Below are positions 29,142-39,609 of a stretch of 64,000 nucleotides of DNA, in pieces. A model generated the notes under the pieces. The model was not told where the DNA came from. It saw nothing but the letters and a program-made list of their open reading frames with translations, and made no database searches. The stretch is from Sphingomonadales bacterium (GTDB lineage: Bacteria; Pseudomonadota; Alphaproteobacteria; Sphingomonadales; Sphingomonadaceae), in the NCBI GenBank assembly GCA_038221665.1, contig JBBRIC010000001.1, positions 620-64,619 of the forward strand, in the 5' to 3' direction. A program made the position numbers and the translations under genes. The number at the start of each line of letters is the position of its first letter. Within the stretch, counting starts at the first letter, position 1.

Positions 29142-30728
29142 ATGACAGGCAGGACCAGTTCAGCTAACAGCGCAAGCGTGACTCCGATCCTTAAAAATCT
29201 GGTGGCTTTGGCGGCTGGCGCAGTGGCCGCGCTGGGTTTTGCACCCTGGGGGCTGTGGCCGCTGACGCTTTTGGGCATCGCCTGCCTGTTTGCGCTGGCC
29301 GATGCGGCGGCGAACTGGCGCGGTGCGGCGCTGCGTGGCTGGTGCTTTGGTGTCGGGCATTTCACGGTGGGTTTCGGCTGGATCGCCCATGCTTTTGTCT
29401 ATCAGGACAAGATGCCGGTGGCGCTGGGCTGGGTGGTGGTCGTTGGCCTGGCGATGTTCCTCGCGATTTATGTCGCGCTGGCGGCGGGTCTGGCGCGCGG
29501 GCTGGCGCTGAGGGCACTGCCGCGATTGCTGGTGCTTGCGGCAAGCTGGATGCTCGGCGAATGGCTGCGGGGCTGGGTGCTCAGCGGCTTTGCCTGGAAT
29601 CCGCTTGGCGCAGCCTGGCTGGCGGCCCCGGCAATCGTCCAGCTGGCGCAATTTGGCGGGGCGCTGGCGCTGTCGGGGCTGGTGGTCATCGCCGGCGGGA
29701 CGCTGTGGTTGCTCGTCCGGCCGGGCGCGACATCGCCGGATCGACGCGGCGCTTTGGCGTTGATCGCCGCGATCATGGTTGCCGGGCTGGCGGCAACGCT
29801 TCTGGAAACATCGCCATCAGCCGGCGGCGGCACGCCGGTGATATTGGTGCAGCCCAATATCGGCGAGGACGAACGCTATCTGCCGGGCGCGCAGGAGGCG
29901 CATCTGAAGGCCTATCTCGACCTGACGCGGGCGGCGCTGGCGCGGCAGCCGGCAGCGGAGCCCGCGCTGGTGGTCTGGTCCGAAGGCAGCGTGCCCTGGC
30001 TTGTCGAGGAAGAACCGGCGGTGCGCGCGGTGCTGGCTGCGGCGTTGCGGCCGGGTGATTTGCTGCTGTTCGGCGGCACATCGGCCTTTCGGGACAGCGA
30101 CACAAGGCTGACGGCGCTCGGGAACAGCCTTTTCGTCCTCGATGCGCGCGGCCAGATCAGCGGCCGGTTCGACAAGGCGCACCTGGTGCCGCTGGGCGAA
30201 TATGTGCCGGCAAAACCCCTGCTGACCGTGCTGGGGCTGGCGCGGCTGGTGCCGGGCGATCTCGAATTTCGTCCCGGCCCGGGGGCGCGGACGCTGGCCC
30301 TGCCGGGCTTCCCCAGCGTTGGCGTGCAGATTTGCTATGAGATCATTTTTCCGGGCGCGGTTGTCGATCGAGCCCGGCGGCCGGCATGGATCGTCAATGT
30401 GTCGAACGATAGCTGGTATGGGCCGAGCGGGCCGCCGCAGTTCCTCGATCAGGCGCGGCTGCGCGCCATCGAGGAAGGACTGCCGATTGTACATGCGACC
30501 CCGACGGGCATTTCGGCGATGATCGATGCGCAGGGTCGTTTATCGGCGGTGATGGGCGAGGGCGTGCGCGGCAGCACGGTGGCAAAACTGCCGCCAGCGT
30601 CGCCGCCGACGGTTTTTGCACGGTTCGGGCACAGTGTTGCAGCGATTTTCGGTCTGTTGCTGCTTGGGTTCGGGCTTTGGCTCGATCGCCGCGCGCCTTT
30701 CAGGAGGCCGGCCGCCGCAATCATATAA
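29142..30728 (+). CDS. lnt: Apolipoprotein N-acyltransferase
   Basis: N-terminal multi-TM region and a C-terminal CN-hydrolase domain ([30 protein letters not shown]). ATG 29142 is chosen. Confidence 0.9.
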   Translation: MTGRTSSANSASVTPILKNLVALAAGAVAALGFAPWGLWPLTLLGIACLFALADAAANWRGAALRGWCFGVGHFTVGFGWIAHAFVYQDKMPVALGWVVVVGLAMFLAIYVALAAGLARGLALRALPRLLVLAASWMLGEWLRGWVLSGFAWNPLGAAWLAAPAIVQLAQFGGALALSGLVVIAGGTLWLLVRPGATSPDRRGALALIAAIMVAGLAATLLETSPSAGGGTPVILVQPNIGEDERYLPGAQEAHLKAYLDLTRAALARQPAAEPALVVWSEGSVPWLVEEEPAVRAVLAAALRPGDLLLFGGTSAFRDSDTRLTALGNSLFVLDARGQISGRFDKAHLVPLGEYVPAKPLLTVLGLARLVPGDLEFRPGPGARTLALPGFPSVGVQICYEIIFPGAVVDRARRPAWIVNVSNDSWYGPSGPPQFLDQARLRAIEEGLPIVHATPTGISAMIDAQGRLSAVMGEGVRGSTVAKLPPASPPTVFARFGHSVAAIFGLLLLGFGLWLDRRAPFRRPAAAII

Positions 30729-30813
30729 AGCAAGCTTTATGCCCCCTTGCGCGGGGCTGGCCTGCCGCCTAAACGCGGCGTTTTCAGATGATGCGTTACC
30801 GGGAGCCTTTGCG

Positions 30814-32052
30814 ATGCCGCGTTCAGCCTATCTTTTTACCAGCGAATCGGTGTCCGAAGGCCATCCCGACAAGGTCGCGGACCAGATTTCGGACGCTGTC
30901 GTCGATCTGTTCCTGTCAAAAGACCCCGAAGCACGGGTGGCCTGCGAAACCTTGACGACAACCAACCGGGTCGTTCTTGCAGGTGAAGTCCGTGGCCATG
31001 GCATGATCGACGCCGACGGCAATTGGGCGCCCGGCGCACAGGCCGAAATCGAGGCGGCGGTACGCGCGACGGTCAAGCGCATCGGCTATGAACAGGACGG
31101 TTTTCATTGGCAGAATCTGGTTTTTGAAAACCATCTGCATCCGCAATCGGCGCATATTGCCCAGGGTGTCGATGCCAGTGGCAACAAGGATGAAGGCGCC
31201 GGCGATCAGGGCATCATGTTCGGTTATGCGACCGATGAAACACCCGATCTGATGCCGGCAACGCTTTATTATTCGCACAAGATTCTGGAACGCATGGCCG
31301 CCGACCGGCACAGCGGCAAGGCCGCGTTTCTGGAACCAGACGCCAAGAGCCAGGTCACGCTCGCCTATGAAAATGAAGTGCCGGTGCGGGCAACCGCGCT
31401 GGTCGTTTCGACGCAACATGCCGTTGATTATTGCCTGCCCTGGCAAAAGGATGCGGAATCCGGTGGCGATGCCGACCTGTACGCGGTGCTCCGCGACTAT
31501 GTCAGTTCGGTGTTCCGCGATGTACTGCCGGAAGGTTTTGTCACCGCCGACACGGTCATCCATGTCAATCCGACCGGGCGCTTTGAAATTGGCGGCCCCG
31601 ATGGCGATGCGGGCGTTACCGGGCGCAAGATCATCGTCGATACCTATGGCGGCGCCTCCCCCCATGGCGGCGGCGCCTTTAGCGGCAAGGACCCGACCAA
31701 AGTCGATCGATCCGCCGCCTATATCACCCGCTATCTGGCCAAGAACGTCGTTGCCGCCGGGCTGGCCCGCCGCTGCACCATCCAGTTGAGCTATGCCATC
31801 GGCGTTGCCGAACCGCTTTCGGTCTATGTCGATCTGCACGGCACCGGCACCGTTGCCGAAGACCAGCTCGAGGCTCTGCTGCCCCAGCTGGTCAGGCTGA
31901 CGCCGCGCGGTATTCGAACGCACCTTGGCCTCAACAAGCCGATCTACCAGCGCACGGCCGCCTATGGCCATTTTGGCCGCAGCCCCGATGCCGACGGCGG
32001 TTTTGGCTGGGAAAAACTCGATCTTGTCGACAAGTTGAAGGCAGCCTTTTAG
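30814..32052 (+). CDS. metK: S-adenosylmethionine synthetase
   Basis: [34 protein letters not shown] and [19 protein letters not shown] motifs. ATG 30814. Confidence 0.97.
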   Translation: MPRSAYLFTSESVSEGHPDKVADQISDAVVDLFLSKDPEARVACETLTTTNRVVLAGEVRGHGMIDADGNWAPGAQAEIEAAVRATVKRIGYEQDGFHWQNLVFENHLHPQSAHIAQGVDASGNKDEGAGDQGIMFGYATDETPDLMPATLYYSHKILERMAADRHSGKAAFLEPDAKSQVTLAYENEVPVRATALVVSTQHAVDYCLPWQKDAESGGDADLYAVLRDYVSSVFRDVLPEGFVTADTVIHVNPTGRFEIGGPDGDAGVTGRKIIVDTYGGASPHGGGAFSGKDPTKVDRSAAYITRYLAKNVVAAGLARRCTIQLSYAIGVAEPLSVYVDLHGTGTVAEDQLEALLPQLVRLTPRGIRTHLGLNKPIYQRTAAYGHFGRSPDADGGFGWEKLDLVDKLKAAF

Positions 32053-32110
32053 GCTTGCGACAGCAACGCGTCGGCAGCCTTTCAAAATGATGCTGCTGTA
32101 ACGCACGGGC

Positions 32111-32803
32111 ATGACGGACCCCGCCACCATCCGCCGGCTTTATGGCCGCCGCACCGGCCATAAACTGCGCGCTGGCCAGGCCAATCTGGTCGAAGCCTTG
32201 CTGCCGCGCCTGACGCTGCCCGATACCGGCCCGCTGACGGCCGAGCGCTTGTTCGGCGATGACCGGCGCCTGTGGCTCGAAATCGGTTTTGGCCGCGGTG
32301 AACATATGGCGGCACAAGCGGCAGCCCACCCCGATATCGGGATCATCGGCGCCGAACCCTTTTTTGATGGCGTCGTCGGCGCGCTGCTCGAAATTCGGGA
32401 TCGCGGGCTCGACAATGTCCGGCTCCACAATGGCGATGCGCTGGATGTGCTCGATCGGCTGCCGCCGGCCAGCCTGGAGCGGGTGTTCCTCCTCCACCCC
32501 GACCCCTGGCCAAAGGCCCGCCACGCCAAGCGGCGCTTTGCCAATCCCGGGCCCATCGATCTGGTGGCGCGGGCCTTGCAACCCGGTGGCGAATTCCGGA
32601 TCGGCACCGATCACCCGATCTATTGCCGCTGGGCGTTGATGCAGATGTCCAAGCGCCGCGATTTTGCATGGCTGGCAACCGAGCCCGCCGATTGGCACGT
32701 CCGCCCCGACGATTGGCCACAGACGCGGTATGAGCTGAAGGCGCGGGCCAAATCCCATGAAGTCTGGTATTTCCGCTTTCGCCGCGTTACGGCGCAGGCG
32801 TGA
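32111..32803 (+). CDS. trmB: tRNA (guanine46-N7)-methyltransferase
   Basis: LEIGFGRGEH, HPDPWPKARHAKRR and the overall TrmB pattern. Confidence 0.9.
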   Translation: MTDPATIRRLYGRRTGHKLRAGQANLVEALLPRLTLPDTGPLTAERLFGDDRRLWLEIGFGRGEHMAAQAAAHPDIGIIGAEPFFDGVVGALLEIRDRGLDNVRLHNGDALDVLDRLPPASLERVFLLHPDPWPKARHAKRRFANPGPIDLVARALQPGGEFRIGTDHPIYCRWALMQMSKRRDFAWLATEPADWHVRPDDWPQTRYELKARAKSHEVWYFRFRRVTAQA

Positions 32804-33765
32804 CTCCGATATATCTTGATTTTGAAAAGCCGATCGCCACGATCCTGGCGCGTGCCGCGGACTATCGCGCGGCCGGGGATGAGGCCGGCGCCAAACATGC
32901 CGAAGGCGCTGCCCGGCGCCTGTTGGCCGAAACCTATGCGCGCCTGTCGCCCTGGCAAAAAACGCTGGTCGCCCGCCATCCCAATCGGCCGCATTTTGGC
33001 GACATCGTCAAAGCCCTGGTCGAAGATTTCATTCCCCTTGCCGGTGACCGCAGCTTTGGGGAGGATCAGGCGATCATCGGTGGCATCGGGCGGCTGCGCG
33101 GCCAGAATATTCCGGTGATGGTCATCGGCCATGAAAAGGGCAATGATACCGCCAGCCGGGTCAAGCATAGTTTCGGCATGGGTAGGCCCGAAGGCTATCG
33201 CAAGGCAGCGCGGCTTGTCGAACTCGCCGGGCGGTTCAACGTGCCGGTGGTAACGCTGGTGGACAGCGCCGGCGCCTATCCGGGCCTTGACAGCGAAGAA
33301 CGCGGCCAGGCCGAAGCGATTGCGCGCGCCACCGCGACATTCCTCGATGCCCCGGTGCCGATCGTCACCGCGATCACCGGCGAAGGCATGTCGGGCGGTG
33401 CGATCGGCATCGCCGTCGCCAATCGCATCATCATGTTCGAGCATGCCGTTTATGCGGTGATTTCACCCGAGGGTTGCGCCTCGATCCTCTGGCGCACGGC
33501 ATCGACGACCGGGCCCGGTGCCAACAACCATGCTGCCGACGCCGCCGAAGCGATGCGGGTGACGGCCGCCGATTGCAAACGGCTGGGCGTTGTCGATGCG
33601 ATCATTTCAGAACCCCTGGGCGGTGCCCATCGCGACCCGGCGGCGGCCATCGCTTCGCTCAGCATGGCCATCGCGGCCGAATTGACGCCGCTGCTGGGCA
33701 TGGCGCCGGCCGCCCTCAGACGCCACCGCCGCGACAAATTCGTCGAGATGGGGCGACAGCTTTAG
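32800..33765 (+). CDS. accA: Acetyl-CoA carboxylase carboxyltransferase subunit alpha
   Basis: LDFEKPI, ARHPNRPH, PVVTLVDSAGAYPG and GEGMSGGA motifs. The GTG start overlaps the trmB stop. Confidence 0.95.
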   Translation: MTPIYLDFEKPIATILARAADYRAAGDEAGAKHAEGAARRLLAETYARLSPWQKTLVARHPNRPHFGDIVKALVEDFIPLAGDRSFGEDQAIIGGIGRLRGQNIPVMVIGHEKGNDTASRVKHSFGMGRPEGYRKAARLVELAGRFNVPVVTLVDSAGAYPGLDSEERGQAEAIARATATFLDAPVPIVTAITGEGMSGGAIGIAVANRIIMFEHAVYAVISPEGCASILWRTASTTGPGANNHAADAAEAMRVTAADCKRLGVVDAIISEPLGGAHRDPAAAIASLSMAIAAELTPLLGMAPAALRRHRRDKFVEMGRQL

Positions 33766-33821
33766 GAACCACTGCCTGGTTTTGATGGTTGCTGGCCTGA
33801 AACTACGCTAAGCTGCCCGCC

Positions 33822-35246
33822 ATGAACCATATTATCTTGTCGCTTCTGCCCCTCGCCCTGTTGGCCAGCGCCAGCGCCGCCCAGGCGCCCGGACTTTCCG
33901 CCAATGAACGTGCCAGCGGCGCACAACTGCATCCGCAACTGCTCGCGGAATTTGGCGGCGCCTATCAAGGCCCGCAGGCGGATTATGTGCGCTCGGTCGG
34001 CCAACGTATTGCAACCCAATCGGGATTGGCGACCAATCCGCGCGATTACACCGTCACGCTGCTGAATTCGAACGTCAACAACGCCTTCGCCATCCCGGGC
34101 GGCTATGTCTATGTGACGCGGCAATTGGTGGCTTTGATGAATGACGAGGCGGAACTGGCCTTTGTCATGGGCCATGAAGTCGGCCATGTCGCTGCCCGGC
34201 ACAGCCAGAAACGCGAACAGAGATCCGGCCTCGCCAGCGTCCTTGCCGGGATTGCCGGCGCTGTCACCGGATCGTCCATCGTCGGGCAATTGGCGGGCAC
34301 CGGGGCGCAATTATATACGCTTGGCTATTCGCGCGGGCAGGAAAGCGAGGCCGACAGCCTTGGCGTGCGTTACCTGACCAACGCCGGCTATGATCCGATG
34401 GCGAGCGGCCATATCCTCGCTGCGCTGGGCGCCCAGACCAGCCTTGAAGCGCGGCTGGCAGGCAAGGATGGCAAGGAACCCGCTGGCTGGCTGTCGACGC
34501 ATCCGGCCACCGGCGAACGCGTCGCCCGGATCAACAAGGAAGCGGCAACAATGGTCCCGCGCGCCGGGCCGCGCAACACCAACCGCGATGCGTTTCTGAA
34601 CGCCATCGATGGCATGAGCTATGATGATGACCCGGCACAAGGGGTTGTCCAGGGCACCGCCTTTCGCCATGCGGGGCTGGGGATCGCCTTTGATGCGCCA
34701 CGGGGATTTTCGCTGCAAAACAGCGCCACCCAGGTTATCGGCAGCGCACAACACGCCGGCCAGTTCAGCTTTTCAGGCGGCAATGTCCGCAATACCGACC
34801 TTGCCGGCTATTCGGCGCGGGTCTGGCAGGGCGCTGGCGCCAACAACGCCCCGCCGGTCCGCAACATCCGCATCAATGGCATCGATGCCGCCATCAGCCA
34901 GACCCGCACCAACAGCCGCAATGGCGAAATCGATGCGACGCTGGCGGTCTATCGCTGGGGGCCGGAAAGTTATTATCATCTGTTGACGATTGCGCCGGCG
35001 GGTGGGGCGGGGGTGTTTGACTCCTTGATCAATTCCGTGCGCCGCCTGTCGCCGGATGATGCCGCCCGCGTCAAGGGCCGGCGCGTCGCCGTGGTCAGCG
35101 TGCGGCCCGGCGATACCGTCCAGTCATTGGCGGCCCGGATGGCCTATGACGATGACCGGGTGGCGCGCTTCACGGTGCTGAACGGCATTGATCCAAACCG
35201 TGGCTTGCAACCGGGATCGCGGGTCAAGTTGATCGTGTTTCGTTGA
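33822..35246 (+). CDS. Secreted M48 family metalloprotease with a C-terminal LysM-like domain
   Basis: Signal peptide, HEVGHVAARH zinc motif, ESEADSLG. C-terminal GDTVQSLAARMAYDD...LNGI is LysM-like. Confidence 0.82.
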   Translation: MNHIILSLLPLALLASASAAQAPGLSANERASGAQLHPQLLAEFGGAYQGPQADYVRSVGQRIATQSGLATNPRDYTVTLLNSNVNNAFAIPGGYVYVTRQLVALMNDEAELAFVMGHEVGHVAARHSQKREQRSGLASVLAGIAGAVTGSSIVGQLAGTGAQLYTLGYSRGQESEADSLGVRYLTNAGYDPMASGHILAALGAQTSLEARLAGKDGKEPAGWLSTHPATGERVARINKEAATMVPRAGPRNTNRDAFLNAIDGMSYDDDPAQGVVQGTAFRHAGLGIAFDAPRGFSLQNSATQVIGSAQHAGQFSFSGGNVRNTDLAGYSARVWQGAGANNAPPVRNIRINGIDAAISQTRTNSRNGEIDATLAVYRWGPESYYHLLTIAPAGGAGVFDSLINSVRRLSPDDAARVKGRRVAVVSVRPGDTVQSLAARMAYDDDRVARFTVLNGIDPNRGLQPGSRVKLIVFR

Positions 35247-35728
35247 TGCAGGTGGTGCCGGTTGCCGCCGTCGCCCTGATCGATGGTGGTGACCGGGTGC
35301 TGATGGCAGAGCGGCCAGCCGGAAAATCCTTTGCCGGCCAATGGGAATTTCCGGGCGGCAAGATCGAGGCCGGCGAAACCCCCGAGGCAGCGCTGGTCCG
35401 GGAGATCGCCGAAGAACTGGGGCTGAAGATCACTGCGGAAAGCCTGCAACCGATCAGCTTTGCCAGCCATGCCTATGGCGATTTCCATTTGCTGTTGCTG
35501 CTGTTTGGCTGCCGACAATGGGCCGGCACGGCGGTCGGGCGCGAAGGCCAGGCGCTGCACTGGGATCATGTCGACAGGCTGGCAGACCTGCCAATGCCGC
35601 CGGCCGATATACCGCTGCTGGCGGCCCTGGCCGGATGGCTGGCGGTGCCAAGCCATCGGCATGTGTTGCCGTTGGATGACAGCCCGGCTATTGGCGGGCC
35701 CTTCAACAACAGGGGGCGTTTCGGGTGA
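35243..35728 (+). CDS. mutT: NUDIX hydrolase, MutT (8-oxo-dGTP diphosphatase)-like
   Basis: Nudix box [29 protein letters not shown]. Confidence 0.82.
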   Translation: MMQVVPVAAVALIDGGDRVLMAERPAGKSFAGQWEFPGGKIEAGETPEAALVREIAEELGLKITAESLQPISFASHAYGDFHLLLLLFGCRQWAGTAVGREGQALHWDHVDRLADLPMPPADIPLLAALAGWLAVPSHRHVLPLDDSPAIGGPFNNRGRFG

Positions 35729-36660
35729 AAATTCTGGCGGGAAACGGCAATCCTGAACTGGCGCAGGCCATCGCCAAATATCTTGACATGACATTGACCA
35801 AAGCGTCGGTGCGGCGTTTTGCCGATGAAGAAATTTTTGTCGAAGTGCATGAAAATGTGCGCGGCGAGGATGTCTTTGTCGTGCAGCCGACCGCAGCGCC
35901 GGCCAATGACAATCTGATGGAGCTGCTGATCTGCATCGATGCGCTGCGGCGGGCGTCGGCGCGCCGGATTACCGCCGTCGTCCCCTATTTTGGTTATGCA
36001 CGGCAGGATCGCAAATCCGGGTCACGCACGCCGATTTCAGCCAAGCTCGTCGCCAATCTGATCACCGTCGCGGGCGCCGATCGTGTGCTGTCGGTCGATC
36101 TTCATGCCGGGCAGATCCAGGGCTTTTTCGACATTCCGACCGACAATCTGTTCGCCGCAACAGTGATAGCCGCCGATATCGAAGCGCGGCTGGGCAAGCG
36201 CGAATTGACCGTTGTGTCGCCAGATGTCGGCGGGGTCGTGCGGGCCCGGGCGCTGGCCAAACGCCTCGGGAACGCACCACTCGCAATCGTTGACAAACGC
36301 CGCGAACGCGCTGGCGAATCAGAAGTGATGAACATCATCGGCGATGTGCGCGGCAAGATGTGCGTGCTGATCGATGACATCGTCGATTCGGGCGGCACAT
36401 TGTGCAACGCCGCGACCGCGTTGCTGGAGGCCGGCGCCACCGGTGCCACCGCCTATGTCACCCATGGCGTGCTGTCGGGCGGCGCCGTGGCGCGAATCGA
36501 TGGATCGACCCTGACCGAATTGGTCGTGACCGATTCGATAGCCGCGGTGGCGGCCGTCAGGGACGCCAAGAAAATTCGCCGCATCACCATCGCGCCCCTG
36601 CTCGCCGAGGCCATGCGCCGGACCAGCGAGGAAAGCTCGGTCAGTTCATTGTTCGACTGA
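35725..36660 (+). CDS. prs: Ribose-phosphate pyrophosphokinase
   Basis: [36 protein letters not shown] and [12 protein letters not shown] motifs. Confidence 0.96.
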   Translation: MKILAGNGNPELAQAIAKYLDMTLTKASVRRFADEEIFVEVHENVRGEDVFVVQPTAAPANDNLMELLICIDALRRASARRITAVVPYFGYARQDRKSGSRTPISAKLVANLITVAGADRVLSVDLHAGQIQGFFDIPTDNLFAATVIAADIEARLGKRELTVVSPDVGGVVRARALAKRLGNAPLAIVDKRRERAGESEVMNIIGDVRGKMCVLIDDIVDSGGTLCNAATALLEAGATGATAYVTHGVLSGGAVARIDGSTLTELVVTDSIAAVAAVRDAKKIRRITIAPLLAEAMRRTSEESSVSSLFD

Positions 36661-36673
36661 CGCGGCTGGCGGA

Positions 36674-36907
36674 TCAGCCGCCGGTCGTGCGGTTGATGAC
36701 GCGGCCGTCGGGCAAAAAGACTTTTTCGGGCGTTACATATTCGCCCTTTGGCGTGCAGATGCCACCGGGATTCTGGGCCCGCATCCGCGCGCAGAATTCA
36801 GTATCGGGGCGCTGCACCTGGGCAAACACAGCGGCCAATGGAATCGCCATTGCAACGAGCGATACCGCGAGAAACAGCGGCGCGAAATTTGGCTTGGTCA
36901 TCATCAT
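36674..36907 (-). CDS. Small secreted hypothetical protein (77 aa, two Cys)
   Basis: Clear signal peptide FAPLFLAVSLVAMAIPLAAVFAQ. No family recognised. Confidence 0.5.
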   Translation of the reverse strand: MMMTKPNFAPLFLAVSLVAMAIPLAAVFAQVQRPDTEFCARMRAQNPGGICTPKGEYVTPEKVFLPDGRVINRTTGG

Positions 36908-37010
36908 TTTCCAGCGGCAACGGCGTTGTTGCGATTGATATATAGGTGGAAACTATCAAAATTGCATCGGGCATCGCAACCAGATGCGATGAAGTACAGG
37001 GTGAATTTGC

Positions 37011-37832
37011 TTGGGCGCTCGCTTTTCCAGCTATGTCGGCATCGATTGGTCCGGCGCCATCGGCAGCCGGCATCGCTCCATCCAGATTGCAGTATGCAGC
37101 GCGGGGGGCGCCGCGCCGCGCCTCATTCTTCCCGCTGGCGGCGTCTGGTCCCGCCTCGCGGTGTTGCACTGGCTTAAAAAACGCGATGGCGATACGCTGG
37201 TCGGCATGGACGCGGGCTTTGGCTTGGCCGCCGTGCCGCCGTTCCTTGGCCCCGCCCGACAGCTTTGGGCCGAAATCGACGCCATCGCTGCGGGCGATCC
37301 CGACCTTGGCGGCCATAGTTTCATCGCCCATGCCCGTGGCAGTTTCTGGCTGGGCAGCGCCGATGGCCCCCGCCATTTGCGCGCCCATCTAAGGGTGACC
37401 GAACAAGTCTATGCAGCGTCGCGGCTGGGCACGCCGACCTCCAATTTCGTGCTGCTCGGTGCGTCGCAAGTGGGTAAGGCGACGCTCAGCGCCATGCGGC
37501 TGCTCAATCGGCTAGACTGGCCGGTCTGGCCCTTTGATGATTTACCCGACGATGGCCCGCTGATACTCGAAATCTACGCGCAGGCCTTTGCCCGCATGGC
37601 CGGGTTTCGCGGCAAATTGCGCGATCGCGCCAGCCTTGATGCGGCGCTTCTGGCCTTGGGAAGCGCCGCCCTGCCGGCAGATTTTGCCGAGCGCTTCCCC
37701 GATCATGTCGGCGATGCGATCATTACCGCCGCCGGGTTGCGCGCCATCGCTGCCGACCCGCGCTGGTGGGCACCGGCGGCAATGACGCCGGCCATTGCCA
37801 GCACCGAAGGCTGGACCTTTGGCGTCGCCTGA
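37011..37832 (+). CDS. Hypothetical 273-aa protein, possibly RNase H-like fold (DUF429-like); uncertain
   Basis: N-terminal VGIDWSG, then LILEIYA and HVGDAIITA acidic motifs, reminiscent of a DED(D) arrangement. Coding-like codon usage. Confidence 0.5.
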   Translation: MGARFSSYVGIDWSGAIGSRHRSIQIAVCSAGGAAPRLILPAGGVWSRLAVLHWLKKRDGDTLVGMDAGFGLAAVPPFLGPARQLWAEIDAIAAGDPDLGGHSFIAHARGSFWLGSADGPRHLRAHLRVTEQVYAASRLGTPTSNFVLLGASQVGKATLSAMRLLNRLDWPVWPFDDLPDDGPLILEIYAQAFARMAGFRGKLRDRASLDAALLALGSAALPADFAERFPDHVGDAIITAAGLRAIAADPRWWAPAAMTPAIASTEGWTFGVA

Positions 37833-37870
37833 TTTGGCGAAATCACCCCGGCCGGTCTAAAGGACAGCCG

Positions 37871-38260
37871 ATGCCCGCCCTCGCCACCTTTCCGCCGCTG
37901 TTGCTCGTCGCCCTTGGCGGTGGCCTGGGTGTCATGTTGCGCTACCTCGTCGGGCAATGGTCGGTTGTCGCGCTCGGCGCCGGTTTCCCGGCCGGCACCT
38001 GGATCGTCAACATTGCCGGCAGCCTCGCCATCGGGCTGCTCGCTGGCTGGCTGGCAACGCGCGGGCCAGCCGCGGAGCCACTGCGGCTGTTGCTGGGCGT
38101 TGGCTTGCTCGGCGGTTTCACGACTTTTTCGGCATTCAGTCTCGATCTGTCCATCATGATCAACCGCGGCGACTTCGGCCTCGCCGGGGCCTATGCGATA
38201 TCCTCGGTCGCCGGCGGCATCATTGCCGTCATGGCCGGTATCTGGCTGGCGCGCGCCTGA
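37871..38260 (+). CDS. crcB: Fluoride ion channel CrcB
   Basis: 129 aa, four TM segments, GGGLGVMLRY and GLLGGFTTFSAF motifs. Confidence 0.9.
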   Translation: MPALATFPPLLLVALGGGLGVMLRYLVGQWSVVALGAGFPAGTWIVNIAGSLAIGLLAGWLATRGPAAEPLRLLLGVGLLGGFTTFSAFSLDLSIMINRGDFGLAGAYAISSVAGGIIAVMAGIWLARA

Positions 38261-39327
38261 TGCCGACAATCACCATTGCCGATGATGACGATGGCATAAG
38301 GCTAGATCGCTGGTTTCAACGCCATCTGCCGGATTCAAGCTTCAATATCGTTTCGCGCTGGGCGCGTACGGGGGCGATCCGGTTGAATGGCGCCAAGGCA
38401 GCAACCGGCGATCGCATCGCTGCCGGCCAGACCCTTCTCTACCCCGATGCACTGCCGGCGCCGACGCCAGCCACACGGGCGCGCCCGGAAATCGACGAAC
38501 GCGAACCGCTGAGCGAGGCCCAGATCGACTATATCCAGTCGATGGTCATCTATCGCGATGCCCATGCCATCGTCATAAACAAGCCCCCGGGCCTCGCGAC
38601 GCAGGGTGGCACCGGCATCACCAGCCATGTCGATGGCCTGCTCGATGCCTTGCAATTCGATCTGCCACACCGCCCGCGGCTCGTCCACCGGCTCGACAAG
38701 GACACGTCGGGGGTGCTGCTGCTGGCCCGCACGGTGCGCGCCGCAGCGTTTTTTTCCAAGGGCTTTGCCGGTCGTGAGGCGAAAAAAACCTATTGGGCCT
38801 TGACCGTTGGGGTGCCAGACGTTCTGGCCGGTGAAATCGACGCGCCGCTGTCGAAACAACCCGGCACCGGCGGTGAAAAAATGCACGTCGACCCCGAAGC
38901 CGGGCTGAAATCCAAAACCCGCTACCGCGTCATCGACAAGGCCGCCGACCGCGCCGCCTGGGTTGAATTCATGCCCTTGACCGGCCGCACCCATCAAATC
39001 CGCGTCCATGCCGCCGCCATCGGCCAGCCGATCGTCGGCGATGGCAAATATGGCGGCAAGGAGGCATTTTTGACCGGCGGCATCAGCCGCAAGCTGCACC
39101 TCCACGCCCGCCGGCTGGTCATCGATGCGCCAGATGGCGGCAGGATCGATATCGAGGCCGAACTGCCCGTCCATATCGCCGAAAGTTTCGGCCTGCTGGG
39201 CTTTGATCCGGCGCTGGGCGCGCCGCTGATCGAAATGCCATTGCCGCCCAAGCCAAAATCCCGCCGCACATCGACGGCAACCAGTGGCAACCGCCGGGGG
39301 GAACGCCGGTCACGCGGCGCGCGTTAG
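38260..39327 (+). CDS. RluA-family 23S rRNA pseudouridine synthase (RluC/RluD type) with an S4 domain
   Basis: IRLDRWF S4 region, catalytic HRLDKDTSGVLLLA, and HQIRVH. The ATG overlaps the crcB stop (TGATG). Confidence 0.88.
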   Translation: MPTITIADDDDGIRLDRWFQRHLPDSSFNIVSRWARTGAIRLNGAKAATGDRIAAGQTLLYPDALPAPTPATRARPEIDEREPLSEAQIDYIQSMVIYRDAHAIVINKPPGLATQGGTGITSHVDGLLDALQFDLPHRPRLVHRLDKDTSGVLLLARTVRAAAFFSKGFAGREAKKTYWALTVGVPDVLAGEIDAPLSKQPGTGGEKMHVDPEAGLKSKTRYRVIDKAADRAAWVEFMPLTGRTHQIRVHAAAIGQPIVGDGKYGGKEAFLTGGISRKLHLHARRLVIDAPDGGRIDIEAELPVHIAESFGLLGFDPALGAPLIEMPLPPKPKSRRTSTATSGNRRGERRSRGAR

Positions 39328-39504
39328 AGCGTTCTGCAACCAAATGTCTGCAGCTGACGGTCGAGAAAACGCGAAAAAACAAGGAACTAGGCCCGCTTTC
39401 ACTTTAGTTGAAGCGCAATCGTCATGCTGGCGGCGGCCAGCGTCCACTGCCGGGCAAAATACTGCCTGTATCGTCTTGTACAAAGAACCGCTTTGAATGA
39501 CTTA

Positions 39505-39594
39505 TTGAAAGCAAAAAAAAGTGCCTCCGGCGGGCAAGGCCTGAGGCCTTGCACCCAATTTTGCTGATTGGGTCTCAGCTTTCAGAAACAAGGG
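39505..39594 (+). repeat. Double-hairpin intergenic repeat, family 2, copy B
   Basis: GCAAGGCC-TGA-GGCCTTGC hairpin and ACCCAAT-N7-ATTGGGT hairpin. Aligns along its length with copy A. Confidence 0.7.
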
Positions 39595-39609
39595 TTAAAT
39601 CAATCGAGT

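Noticed and set aside
30729-30813. A possible SAM-responsive riboswitch in the metK leader (an AAAGC-AA-GCTTT hairpin and a GC-rich stem).
   Set aside because: I could not match it to the SAM-II, SAM-V or SAM/SAH consensus from memory. The leader is short, and the hairpin could simply be the lnt terminator.
37833-37870. A possible fluoride riboswitch upstream of crcB.
   Set aside because: Only 38 nt are available. Neither this gap nor 36908-37010 shows the conserved GGxGAUG...CUGAUGAU..CCUAC pattern as I remember it. It is not callable without a covariance-model scan.
39325-39332. TAGAGCGT at the stop codon of the pseudouridine synthase gene, identical to the first 8 nt of the MITE. This could be a solo TIR or an excision footprint.
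   Set aside because: Only 8 nt match, with no further TIR similarity downstream. A match of this length is expected by chance about once or twice in 64 kb counting both strands.
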